Virus record (IMG/VR): IMGVR_UViG_3300042890_000585
Coordinates: 1 to 62,443 of that record
DNA from: a virus
Lineage: Duplodnaviria > Caudoviricetes
Length of the DNA stretch: 62,443 bases
Reading direction: 5' to 3' (one strand)
In this document: positions 20,128 to 30,600 of the stretch, piece after piece
Position numbering within the stretch: position 1 is the first letter of the stretch
How the letters are laid out: each line of letters opens with the position of its first letter
Made by a program: the position numbers and the translations under genes
Notes under the pieces: model-generated
What the model was told of the DNA's origin: nothing
Databases searched by the model: none
What the model saw: the letters and a program-made list of their open reading frames with translations, nothing else

Positions 20128-20969
20128 TGAAAAATATAATAAATAAAACAATAGATAAAGCTATTCGCTGGAACAAGCAATGGCCCAATGCGGTCATCTT
20201 TTGGTCTGGTGGAAAGGATTCAACTACCCTTCTGCACTTTCTGAAATTCAAGTGTGGGATTGATTTGCCAGTAGTACAATTTCGGCAACCTAAATTCCGT
20301 GAAAGATATGCATATTCTGACAAATTGATCAAGGATTGGCAATTGACAATGTACGAATATCCAGCCTTCAAGCACACTCTTGCAGATGGGCCTGATGTCC
20401 ATACTGGAGATGTTCGCTTTGATTTGCTTCACTATTTCCAGTGGGGGCAAAATTCCATTGTTTTGTCTTTGGGAACTGAGCGTCCTAAAGCAAACGAACC
20501 CTTTATGTGTGGTGTGGATGACTTTTTGATGCGTCCAACTGGAACATTTAATTTTCCGTGGTCAGGAGTATATATTGGAACTAAATTTACGGATACGGAT
20601 TTGATCAAAGGTCACATTCCGCTATCGCAAGATATCAGGCACGTCGATGGAAATCCTACCTCACTTTACCTTCTTAAAGATTGGACTGACGAGGATATTT
20701 ACGAGTACCTAGAGACAAACAACGTAAAACCAGATCCAACTCGATATGTAAAAGGCAAACATGGATGGATGAACAATCCCGATAAGTCACTTAATGCTGA
20801 CTTCTATCCTGTCTGTTTGAACTGCGTTGATCGTCACCAAGGCCCACACGTCGATTGTCCAAAGTTAAAAGCAAGGATAACTAACATTTCACATCTTGCA
20901 CCTTACGAGGACATCGTGATACCAGATTTGGGATTTAAACCAGTAAATTGGAACAACAAAATAGAATAA
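20127..20969 (+). CDS. PAPS-reductase / PP-loop adenine nucleotide alpha-hydrolase family protein
   Basis: AVIFWSGGKDS PP-loop, LKDWTDEDIYEYL, and C-terminal CxxC...CP. Confidence 0.8.
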   Translation: MKNIINKTIDKAIRWNKQWPNAVIFWSGGKDSTTLLHFLKFKCGIDLPVVQFRQPKFRERYAYSDKLIKDWQLTMYEYPAFKHTLADGPDVHTGDVRFDLLHYFQWGQNSIVLSLGTERPKANEPFMCGVDDFLMRPTGTFNFPWSGVYIGTKFTDTDLIKGHIPLSQDIRHVDGNPTSLYLLKDWTDEDIYEYLETNNVKPDPTRYVKGKHGWMNNPDKSLNADFYPVCLNCVDRHQGPHVDCPKLKARITNISHLAPYEDIVIPDLGFKPVNWNNKIE

Positions 20970-20973
20970 AATT

Positions 20974-21519
20974 ATGGGTGGATCAAACGGACAAAAAATG
21001 CCTGAACTGTGGACAGGTGCAGCAAATGCAGGGGAATCAATAAACTTCCCTATTCCAAATAGCCAGTTCGGTGGAATTGTTGGCAGTGCATCTAACGCAA
21101 TCGGACGGACTGGTGATACAATGCAAAATTTCTTTGCTGGAGAACTTGGAACAGGAGCGCAACCTCGACCTGACTATAAGCCAGATATGACTTCTGCTGA
21201 ACAGAAACAACAACAACAGCAACAGCAACAGCAGCAATTAAAAGATTTACTAAGCAATGCAGGAAAAACATCTCAAACCACTTCGTCTCCTTATGATCGT
21301 GCAGCAAAATCACAATCTGATTCTGCGTCAGCATGGACTGCAATGCAGCGTTCTTCTGGAGATGGAACTGGTAGTTTAGGGGGCTTTTCTCCCATGGGAG
21401 GTTATAGTATTCCTCCATCTGGTGCTGAAAAAGTAGCCCAAGGATGGGAAGATGCAGCAAAAACTATTTTAACACCAACAATGGGTATTATTAGTAAACT
21501 TGCAAACAAAACAGGTTAA
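20974..21519 (+). CDS. Low-complexity internal virion protein, MGG start, poly-Gln
   Basis: 181 aa, Gly/Ser/Gln-rich, with a Q10 tract. Confidence 0.55.
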   Translation: MGGSNGQKMPELWTGAANAGESINFPIPNSQFGGIVGSASNAIGRTGDTMQNFFAGELGTGAQPRPDYKPDMTSAEQKQQQQQQQQQQLKDLLSNAGKTSQTTSSPYDRAAKSQSDSASAWTAMQRSSGDGTGSLGGFSPMGGYSIPPSGAEKVAQGWEDAAKTILTPTMGIISKLANKTG

Positions 21520-21803
21520 TGGACGATGAATACGATTGCGAAAAATGCGGTGCTTGCTGTTGTTTTAAATGGTCTTGGCCTGTGCTGCGAAGAGATAGAT
21601 CTGACGCAAGTGGTATCCCGCAAGAAATGCAAAGGGAAGACTATCCGTTGATGAAAACAACTGATTCCAGATGTATTGCATTGGATGGAAAAGTCGGAGA
21701 AAAGGTATGTTGTAAAATATACGCAGACAGACCAAAATCTTGCAGACAATTCAAAGCAGGATCTGATTTGTGCAAAGAAGCTAGAAGGAAATTCAACAAT
21801 TAA
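21519..21803 (+). CDS. YkgJ-family CxxCxxCC cysteine-cluster (Zn/Fe-chelating) protein
   Basis: CEKCGACC...RCIAL...CKIYADRPKSCRQF. Confidence 0.85.
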   Translation: MDDEYDCEKCGACCCFKWSWPVLRRDRSDASGIPQEMQREDYPLMKTTDSRCIALDGKVGEKVCCKIYADRPKSCRQFKAGSDLCKEARRKFNN

Positions 21804-21820
21804 AATTAAGGAATAATATT

Positions 21821-22315
21821 ATGGGTGGAAAATCAATAATTCCGGGTCAAAACATAATTGATCCGCTTGGAGCAATGTTTGTTAGGTCTGTTACTGGGTC
21901 AATTAAAGGAGATCCTAAAAAAAACAAACCTAAGATCAAGATGCCCAGTGAGGCTGATCGAGCTAAGACTGAATTGTATAAAATGATGCAAGATAGACAG
22001 ATGAGAATTTCCAGAGAATTGGAAAACCCATCAGCTTTTTTAAATCAAAATAATGTTCAACAACCAGTTGCTCTACCTGAACAACCAGTGGCTCAACCTG
22101 TTCCTCAACCAGTAAGTCAAGTTGATCAAAAAGCAACTAATGCAATTCTTAACCCAACACCCACAGTAACTCCAGCTACAGTGTCATCTGTTGCTGCTCC
22201 ATCAGTGTTTTCTCCAGTTGCACCTCTTGCAAATCAGGCTACTGGAATGGGTCAACAAAAAACCAATCAGTTTTCCATGCCATCCGCAAGTGGATTAAAG
22301 TTTGGTGGAACATAA
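21821..22315 (+). CDS. Low-complexity internal virion protein, MGG start, C-terminal NQFxxPSASGLxFGGx
   Basis: 164 aa, Pro/Gln-rich. Confidence 0.6.
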   Translation: MGGKSIIPGQNIIDPLGAMFVRSVTGSIKGDPKKNKPKIKMPSEADRAKTELYKMMQDRQMRISRELENPSAFLNQNNVQQPVALPEQPVAQPVPQPVSQVDQKATNAILNPTPTVTPATVSSVAAPSVFSPVAPLANQATGMGQQKTNQFSMPSASGLKFGGT

Positions 22316-22388
22316 GAATTGACAATTTGAAGTATTGATCGTATTTCATTAACAAACAATTTAACAATTAAAATTAAGGAGTAATATT

Positions 22389-22916
22389 ATGGGAGGAGGA
22401 AGACAAGCACCAGCACCAGCACCACTACAGCAAGGCAATAACAGTGATCTTTTAATGATGCAAATGCAAATGCAACAAGATCAGGCTGAAATTGGACGGA
22501 GACAAGCTGAAGCGGCTCAACAAGCAGCGTTGCTAGATGCACAAAAGCAACAGAATGCTACAATGGCCCGTGAAGGAATGCAAAAAGCCCAGCAAAGTTT
22601 AAGTGGAATTAATGCTGTTAAATCGGCTGAAGAAGCCGCATCCAAACAACGTAATTTGACTGCACAACAGAATGCTGGCACTTCAGTCATTGGATCTGCT
22701 TACGATGTGAATGCCGCTCGTCAGGGTGCGATGTCTAACCTCGGTGCTGCTTCAGGTGTCCTCCCATCCGCCTCTGGCAACATTACTAGTCCAGCTATGG
22801 TCAACCCTGCACTGACAACCGCTGGTGCTACAAACCAAGGTGTTGGTGGCACTAATCAGCGTGTCAATCAATTTGCAACTCCTTCCGCATCTGGACTAAC
22901 ATTTGGCGGGGCTTAA
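22389..22916 (+). CDS. Low-complexity internal virion protein, MGG start, C-terminal NQFxxPSASGLxFGGx
   Basis: 175 aa, Gln/Ala-rich; shares its C-terminus and upstream leader with 21821-22315. Confidence 0.6.
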   Translation: MGGGRQAPAPAPLQQGNNSDLLMMQMQMQQDQAEIGRRQAEAAQQAALLDAQKQQNATMAREGMQKAQQSLSGINAVKSAEEAASKQRNLTAQQNAGTSVIGSAYDVNAARQGAMSNLGAASGVLPSASGNITSPAMVNPALTTAGATNQGVGGTNQRVNQFATPSASGLTFGGA

Positions 22917-22919
22917 CTT

Positions 22920-24668
22920 ATGGCACTCCCCACTGGTGGCTACACTTTCACTCCACAGACAGCAAATCTTGGAGCGAGTCCTCTTTCTGCACTGAAACCC
23001 TTGGACGTTGGAGTAAGCGTGAGCTTTACTCCAATGCCTAAATACGAGGTTCCTTCTGCAAGACCTGAGTTAGTCAGCGTGGGCATGGCGCAAGGTCTAC
23101 AGGGGTTTTCTGAGCCAATTATCAGTGCTTATAAAGCAATGGATGATGAGAAAAAAACAGCAGAATTACTCAAGGGAAAATATGCTCAGGAAGAAAAGAT
23201 TGCTGGAATTCGTGCGGCAAAGACTGCAAGAGAGTTACAGATGGAAGAGTTAAGATATCAAGATCTTGAAAAAAGAGTAAATGAAAGAGGTGGTAATAAA
23301 GGTGAGGAAACTATTAACTATGGTAGTTTTGAAGATGAAACTCCTATAGGTGATTCATTGCCAGCCAATCCAGAAGCAGACGTTTCAAGTACACCTAGTT
23401 TGTTTGACAATTTAGAAAACTCTGATTTTCTAGGTCAAATTAACCCAACTCCCGAACGAGTTGCAGCATTATTCAATATTCCTTTGGCTGAATTGACAGC
23501 AAGTGCTGGAACTGCTGGAGCGCAACAGCAACAAGCATTGGAATCAATGAGTGCTGGAACTCTGATTCCATCAGGACAAGCAATGTCCACTGATACTCCA
23601 CCTCAACCTCAACCTCAAGCACCAGCACCAGAGGAACCTAGATTTGGGTTAATGTCAAAATTCCGTGGTCTTTATACTCCTGAAGAAGCTAAAAAGATGA
23701 GGGCTGAGTTCTCTGGAAAAATGACTGAATTTTCTGGAGAGGAAAAAATGGAACCAGTTCCATCTGGAGTAGGATACCAATTTGATAAGCCAATGCGAGA
23801 TGTGGCCCCTGTTCGTGTTGAGAAAGCTATTCCAGTAGGACAGGCATCTCAAGCTACAGCAAAACCAACAAGAAAAGATTTAAGTAGATATATTCAAAAT
23901 TGGGCAGATCCAAGCGTAGCGGCATCTGCCGTTGATAAGATTGCTGAAATAATGGGCAGTGAGTATGCTTATCCAGAAATTATAGATATTAAAGATGAAA
24001 ATGGAAATATTATTGGATATAGACCAGAGATTCCAAAACGATTGAGTGGAAAAGAATTGGCTGAGTTGAAAAAATCCACAACACCTGAAGGAAAAACTCT
24101 TCTTGAATCTCAAATTAATAAAATAATTGCACTTAATGGTGCAACAGAAGATTTGAATTCTATTGAAAAAAGATTGAATAATATACCTTCAGAGTGGAGA
24201 GGCCCAGTTGCTGGATTCTTTGCTAAACAAAATCCATATAATGCAGAGATACAAGCTTTGACATCTCAAATTATTCAAATGATCCCCGGTCTAGCTAGGG
24301 GTGTATTTGGTGAGGTTGGTGTATTGACTGAAAAGGATGTTGAAAGATATACTAAAACAATTCCAAGTATTGAAAAAGACCCTAAAGTTGCTGAACAAAT
24401 TCTTAATGAATTAAGACAAAAATTGGGAAGAAGCACAAAAAGCACTGTTGGTGCATATGAAAAAGCTGGATTTGATGTTAAAGGATTTAAAGAAGGATAT
24501 TTTGATCAGGAAAAACCTTCAGATAAAGAAAGTGATAGTAATAAAGCAAAGGCTTTAGCTAGTCAATTAGCAGGTCTTCCAAAGGGTAGTCCAGAAGAAG
24601 CTAATGTAAGACAAGCTTTAATGCAATTACGGAAAAAAATAGTAGAATCTAACAACGCAGGGAAATAA
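22920..24668 (+). CDS. Internal virion (ejection/DNA transfer) protein
   Basis: 582 aa, with a C-terminal helical domain LARGVFGEVGVLTEKDVERY typical of podoviral ejection proteins. Confidence 0.65.
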   Translation: MALPTGGYTFTPQTANLGASPLSALKPLDVGVSVSFTPMPKYEVPSARPELVSVGMAQGLQGFSEPIISAYKAMDDEKKTAELLKGKYAQEEKIAGIRAAKTARELQMEELRYQDLEKRVNERGGNKGEETINYGSFEDETPIGDSLPANPEADVSSTPSLFDNLENSDFLGQINPTPERVAALFNIPLAELTASAGTAGAQQQQALESMSAGTLIPSGQAMSTDTPPQPQPQAPAPEEPRFGLMSKFRGLYTPEEAKKMRAEFSGKMTEFSGEEKMEPVPSGVGYQFDKPMRDVAPVRVEKAIPVGQASQATAKPTRKDLSRYIQNWADPSVAASAVDKIAEIMGSEYAYPEIIDIKDENGNIIGYRPEIPKRLSGKELAELKKSTTPEGKTLLESQINKIIALNGATEDLNSIEKRLNNIPSEWRGPVAGFFAKQNPYNAEIQALTSQIIQMIPGLARGVFGEVGVLTEKDVERYTKTIPSIEKDPKVAEQILNELRQKLGRSTKSTVGAYEKAGFDVKGFKEGYFDQEKPSDKESDSNKAKALASQLAGLPKGSPEEANVRQALMQLRKKIVESNNAGK

Positions 24669-24674
24669 ATACTA

Positions 24675-27600
24675 ATGAGTGATTACAATGAATTGTTAAA
24701 AACAATTGATGATGCTCTAGCGCAAACAGACGAGGCGCAAGAAGCAAAGAATCCAACTCAAGCGATACTAGATGAAATTGATGCTGCTTTAGGAGAAAAG
24801 CCAGAGGCCGCACCAGTTCCATCCGTTACCCCTGCACCAGTTCCATCTGTTACTCCAATCCCTGTTGAATCCGCTGTTCCCGCTCCAGTTCCGTCTGTAA
24901 CACCTCAACCAGAAGTTGCGGTTACTCCAGCACCAGTTGCAGCTCCTCAACCTTCCCTTACACCATCTCCTGTAAGTCAACCAGTGGCAGAGTTGCCAAA
25001 ATCAACCCCCTCACGACTTCCAGAACCAACGCCACCTAAAGAATCTGAAGTTGATTACTCGCTTCCTAGCAATCAATTTTTGGCAATGGTAAAAGATGTT
25101 CCAGATGAAAAATGGGGCAAGGATGAAGTTGATTTCTTAAATACTTTAAGTGGAAAAGATTTAAGTGAAATTAAAAAACAGCGTCCAGATGTTATTTTTG
25201 ATGACATTCTAAATCAAAAAATATTTGATTATCAAAGAGAAACAACTCCATATAAGATTCCAGAAACTAAAGAAGATTTTTATAATCTAACAAAAGCATC
25301 AGCTACTTTTCTTGGTAAAGATCTTGGGGTAATGGCAAGTGAACTTGTTGGTGACGTTTTAGTTGGTGGAGCAAAAGCAGTAAAACAAGGTGTTCCATTT
25401 TTGCTTGGTCAAACATCTGATTACGCAAAAGGGTTAGAAGCTGAACAATTGCTATCTCCAGAAAAACAGCAAGAAGCTCAAGCGTGGAGAAAACGCGCAT
25501 GGGAAATTTCTAACACCCCACTAAAGGGAGGTGAGCAACCTAACCCAGATTCATACACAGACGCTAAATACCTTGAGAAGATAAAAGAGGGTCTTACTAA
25601 AGAGCAAATACAGGCACTCGATCAAAAGTATGAGCAGAAGAGAATGGAAGCTAAACAAGTTCCATTTGAAACACTAGCACCACTTGCTGACTTACCACCC
25701 AGCCTTGCATTCTTAGGAACAAAATTAGCTACTGGTGGATTTCAAACTTGGGACTCAATAAGTGAGCAAGTTGGATTGCTTACTAAAGAGCAAGCATATG
25801 AAAGGTGGAAAACAAGGGAACTTCTCGATTCAGTAAAAGCCAAAATGACATATGAAGAACCCCGTGCATGGGCTAGGGCAATGGACGTTTATAAGCCTAT
25901 CTATGCTCCAACATTTTCTTATTTTGCTAGTTTATCAACTCCTTCCGTGGAGGAAATGATGATAATGGATCCTAAGTTGACTAAGGAGGAAGCTGAGTCA
26001 AAACGAAAGGCTACTATTGAGGCCAATGTTCTTGATTCAATCGAAGAGACTAAGAAATCAATCCCTGAAACGGATCCAGAATTGCAAGCATTCGGTGACG
26101 TAGCTATCCCCGGTGGGTTTGGCCTTGATACATTTGGTTATGCCTTAAATGTTGTTAATGCAGCAAAAAAACTAACTCCAATAGCTAGACTTAAACTCAA
26201 AAAATTACGTTATACAGACGATGAGATCAATGCTCTTGAATCTAAAGCTCAAAGGGTTTTAAAAGAAAAACAACTCAAGGAACTAGAATCTAAAAAAACA
26301 GCAGGTCTAGTTGAACGTGCGGCTGGAGCAACAGCAAAAGGAATTGAAGCAACTGGTGAATATCTTGAAAGAAGTCCAAAATTCCAAGCAATCGCAAGAT
26401 ATACTCCGTATGTAGCTGGAGCAGCATTAGGTTATGAAATTAATCCAGAGAACCCATTGCAATCACTTGTTGTTGGTGGTGTTACTACAAAGCTAGGATT
26501 AAAAGCAGCTAAATTTGGTGCTAAAACATTGTTAGAAGCTCCAAAAGTTATAAAAGAAATTAGTGCTGCAAGACGCATTTCTGCTGGTGGTGAGATGGGG
26601 CCATTAGCAACTCTTGAAAGCATAGCAAAACAGCAGGATGAAGTTAAGAATCTTACTGCAAAACTAAAAACGCTTTCAGAAGGTACGGAAGAATACATCG
26701 ACACCAAAAAGTTGCTCGATGATGCAAAAGATAAGGCTAAGGGAATCAAAGAAGCTGGAGGAGAGGTTGTCGATTACGAAGGTATTGGCAAGGTAAGCGA
26801 TACAACTAAAAAAATCTTGAGGTTTGCCAGTGATGATATGATTTCCAACATCGGTGAGTATGCCAAAATGGGCATTGAACCAACGATTCTTGGACTTTCA
26901 ATGGGAATGATCGACTCCTCAGACGAGGAAGAGTTAAAGGGCATGATTGGATCAGGTCTTGTGTTTAGTCTTGGTGGACGTGCAATGCAGCAAGGGTTCC
27001 ATAAATTTCTTGGAGAAGATCCAGTCATTGCTGCTAGAAAGTCTAGACAGACCAGTATGGATGCATTGAAAGCGTATCGTGATTCTAGTCCAGAAACACA
27101 GGGTGAAATCGATAGATTAACTGACTGGACTAATGTCTTGCAACGTCAAGAGAACAAGATTGGTCAAGCGCAGAGTGATTTACAGGGTCTTCAAGCGGAA
27201 GGTGCAAGTCCAGATAAAATCAAGAAAGCGGAAAAGGTTTTGTCCGCTGAACAAAAGTCATTGTCTTTGTTGAAAACAGCAAATGTCCAGACAAGGAATG
27301 AATTTGGGAAGAACTTCCTACAGCAATTGGCTAGAAACAATATGCTGATTAATGGAAGTCTGAAGGCTGGACAGAACAATGTTGGATTCCACATCCTGTC
27401 TACACAGCAAATCTTTGATCATTTTAGGAAGAAGCCTGAGTACAGGGATGTTTCTGACGAGGATTTGATGATGAGTGCAACTCAGCAAGGTTTCTACTCT
27501 GGAACGGGGGGTAATGAGTATCGACCCGGAATGCAGGTTTCTGATGCAGCAAAGGGTCTAGTTTTCGATACCTCTAAACCATCCATTGTAGTAAATTCTG

Positions 27601-30600
27601 ATGCTCTACAGAATCGCATGATGATCTTTGGAGAGACTCCAACAGAAGCACTCAATCACGAAACAGGTCACCACTTCGCTCGTATTCCAGAGATTCAGAA
27701 TGCAATGGGTGACGCTCGAAAGGTTCTTTTTACAAACGAAATCAAAGATGCTTCGGGTGCTGTAAAAGAGATATCAAATGGCTTGTATTCTGAAAAGCAA
27801 CTCAATGAGATGTTCGTTAAGGACTATCTTAAAAACAGACCAAAGGATCAGGTTGCAGAGATTGCTCAAAGCCTTGGGGTTTGGGACTACAACACAAACT
27901 CATTAAATGCCAAGGACGTTGGATCGTATATGCAAGAAGAGATTCTTGCTGAGTTATTTTCTAATACACTATCGAGAAACCTTGGAAAGAACCTAGATTC
28001 TAAGCAACTTCATTTGCTCGATGTCGCTCGATTGAAGATGAAAAACAATCTGTTGAAGAATGCCGTGACCAAGGTTCTTGGTCTTGGTGCATCCTCAGAT
28101 GTTGTTTCAGAGTTGACCAATGCAAAGTTACCACCAGAGGCACAATCTGCTGCTAGGAATGCAGTGCGATTAATCCAAAGCATGAATGGTGACTTTTCTA
28201 CGATGGCATCGATGCCGCAAGCAGCACCAATCTCAAGGGCAGAAATCAAGAAAAGCAAGATAGCAGCAGAACGCTACGGAATGGATTCTGGTCTGTTTGC
28301 AACAAAGGTTGTTGCACAGGTATTCGATGCTGATGGCAATCCAGTAGGTGCGGCAGTTGACGTTAATGATCCATCTGTCTATGAAGGATCGTGGAGGATT
28401 AGCAAAGATGGTGAGGAAAGGTTGAGTGGATATGGTCAAATTCCAGTTCAATTGCGTCAGTTGCAAGTTCCAGAGGGTGGAACATTGTCAATTGCCAAGC
28501 AAGTTGCCACGGAGGTTGATGGTGTAACCCCAAGGTTACTAAATCCTAAAGACCTTAAAAAACTCCAACAAGATAGGGCATCGTTGTTCAAACAGGCAAT
28601 TGATACTCCCGATTACGGAACACCGGGTCGATTTGAAGCGGTTTCTGAAGGTTCTCAAACATATCGAGGATCATTCACTCCAATGCAGATTAAGGCTATT
28701 CAAGACTTGCCTGAAGGCATTGTTCCTCTAAAGATCAAAAAATACCTATTGGATCTCAACGAAGCTATTGTTAAGAAGGATGGAACACGATTCTATGTCG
28801 ATTATGCCGCAGTAATGGACGATAAAGGCAACTACAAGGCATTCTCTCCTAAAATCTATGATGTAGTGCCAATCGGGCTTCACTTGTCAAAGGATGGCAA
28901 CTTCTTGGTGACAACAATTTCCGCTGGTAGAATGATGGAGAAATTAAACCTGTGGAGTGATCGTATGCCAAACAGGTTGAATCCTTGGGGTGGCAGCAAG
29001 GAAGCGTTTTGGGCTGATTTTTCTAAAAAGTATTTAGACAACTGGACAAAGGGAATTGAAGGAAGTGGTTATGACAAGCAAGGGCAACCTATAGGAACAA
29101 ATCAATTAGATGCAGATGTTCAAGCAGCAGAAGTTAAGAAGTCTATTCTTAATGACTTTTTGAATTTGTTTACCAATGAAACCCAAGCATTAAATTTGGA
29201 TAGGACAACTATTCCGAAAAGAAAAGGTGATCCTAAAAACAAGAGTCTTGATCGAACAATTATGTCCATGCGGATTGATCACATGGCAGAATTGTTAGAT
29301 GCAGACCATCTTCCTAAACTTCCAATTGATTACGAGAAAGCAAAACTCAACTTCATGCCAGCGGAAACGGAAAGGGCAAAATTCTTATCTGCCGAGTTGG
29401 AAAAGATGTACGAAGAGGGTGGAACTGACAAGCGCATTGCCAACTATGAAAGCGAACTGGAAGGCATCTACCAAAAACTAGAATCTGATCAAGAGTCTGC
29501 TTCCACCGAGGGGGAGGAAAACATAACGGAAAGCGAAATGAACCCGCAGGACGTGGTTTTTGACGCAATTAACAACTACAAAACAGGGAAGGTTGACAAC
29601 CAAGAGCAAACTCTGGCAGAGCATATTCGCAACGTGTTCGATAGCGAGGGTAAATTCAACATTTCACCATCCGTGACGGATGCTGAAATTGAAAGTGCGG
29701 CAAACGATATTTACAACCAAAAAGCAACACAACGTCAAAAAATATCTGGCTTGCAGTTCATGCCAGCAGAGCAACCTACCAAATACGAGCCGATCTCTGC
29801 GCGTATTCGCCCACTAGAGGGCATATCCGCACCAGCCAAGGTGGTTGGAGCGAAGGGACTCTCGCTGGGTGAAATTGAGCCACCTGTGAGGGGCAACGCT
29901 ATGCTGCCTGATATGGAGTTGAAACCTGATAGCTCAGAAAAAGGCATACAATCTTCTGACATAACCACCAGCGCAAAACCTGCTCCAGACGCAGTTATAA
30001 AGCCATTCTCAAATGCATTGGTATCCTCCGTAGGGTTGATCAACTTCCTTCCAGCATTCCACGGAACTCCATTTGACGTAGACAAGTTCAAATTAGCAAA
30101 CATTGGCACTGGTGAAGGAGCGCAGGCTTATGGATGGGGTTTGTATTTTGCTCAAGCTAGAAAAGTTGCTCAAGATTACAAGGATAAGCTAACCGATTGG
30201 AATTCCCCCGGAACATACGAATGGAAAGGTATGTCACTACGAAGCGACGATTACAAAAACCCAATCCGTCATGCGATTTCATTAGTTTATCATCAAGGAA
30301 TAAATCAAGCAAAACAGATTGGTAAAACTTTACAAAAAGACTCTGAAAAAGGTGAACCATACACTGTAGAACAAGGTGGATTGGAATACTCCAAAAAGTT
30401 TAATGATGCGTTGAGCCAAGTTAAATCAAAGAAAGAAATTAAATTTGAACAAGGCAATCTCTACAAAGTTGATCTCGACGTAAAAGACGAAGACTTGCTT
30501 GATTGGGATAAGCCTTTGAGTGAACAGAGTGACAAAATCCGTGAAAATGTTTTAAACGAATCTAAACTGCTTGGCGATTTAAACCGAGAATGGAATGGAA

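Noticed and set aside
21207-21237. CAA/CAG poly-Gln tract as a phase-variation locus
   Set aside because: In-frame mixed-codon triplet repeat; slippage would not switch expression.
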